IMG/VR virus record: IMGVR_UViG_3300031669_000034
Location: 1-58,165 of that record
Reading direction: 5' to 3' (one strand)
From: a virus
Lineage: Duplodnaviria > Caudoviricetes
Length of the DNA stretch: 58,165 nucleotides
The translations under genes were made by a program, and so were the position numbers. This document shows, piece by piece, positions 58,007 through 58,165 of this stretch; positions within the stretch are counted from its first letter, which is position 1; every line of letters starts with the position of its first letter. The notes below the pieces were generated by a model that worked only from the letters and a program-made list of their open reading frames with translations, had not been told where the DNA came from and did no database searches.

Positions 58007-58165
58007 TTAAAGTTGTTTGCCATAATATTTCCCATTCCACATAAACGATCCTTCAATAATAATAATGGTATACAAATTAAAAAATCCCGTTGCTGGAAGG
58101 TGCTCAACTATACCAAAGCCATTCACCCAATGGGTAGGAGCATTTTTCTTATAGTCAGGTTCGAT
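58007..58165 (-). CDS. C-terminal fragment of a probable phage metallophosphoesterase, truncated by the window
   Basis: ..PDYKKNAPTHWVNGFGIV...GFFNLYTIIIIEGSFMWNGKYYGKQL*; resembles C-termini of phage calcineurin-like phosphoesterases. Confidence 0.45.
   Translation of the reverse strand: MEPDYKKNAPTHWVNGFGIVEHLPATGFFNLYTIIIIEGSFMWNGKYYGKQL

Noticed and set aside
1-58165. Stop-codon reassignment, CRISPR arrays, tRNAs, introns or inteins
   Set aside because: Coding density is high in the standard code and TAA, TGA and TAG all end genes. No repeat-spacer array or cloverleaf was seen by eye, and RNAP, terminase and helicase have no obvious insertions. tRNAscan and Infernal were not run

Overview
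This is a 58-kb segment of a large, AT-rich, contractile-tailed (myovirus-type, probably jumbo) bacteriophage genome read in the standard code. The + strand block from 1 to about 31.8 kb carries replication, recombination and transcription genes: type II topoisomerase B (end only) and A, an SF2 helicase, SbcD/SbcC, a two-gene unsplit multisubunit RNA polymerase (beta', beta), QueD, FolE2 and a radical SAM enzyme. From about 31.8 kb come the morphogenesis genes (terminase large subunit, tape measure, baseplate, tail tube, tail sheath), interrupted by two small divergent accessory islands. The strongest candidate for a new system is a phage-encoded ubiquitin-like conjugation locus directly upstream of the RNA polymerase (12568-19982). 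It encodes an E2-like domain in an 868-aa protein, a JAB protease with zinc ribbons, a ThiF/E1, a ubiquitin-like protein ending ..GRKG with a Rho-N-like N-terminus, a second ThiF with a Ubl-like tail and a minimal HPN..C E2; a further E2 paralog lies at 217-1083. Other notable signals are a 6S-RNA-like rod-and-bubble intergenic structure, two candidate phage promoter motifs, a probable programmed frameshift in the tail chaperone pair, two type IV pilin-like genes and a family of proteins sharing only an MKIKxDFVTNSSS N-terminus. All calls come from reading motifs by eye; no database search or folding was run.
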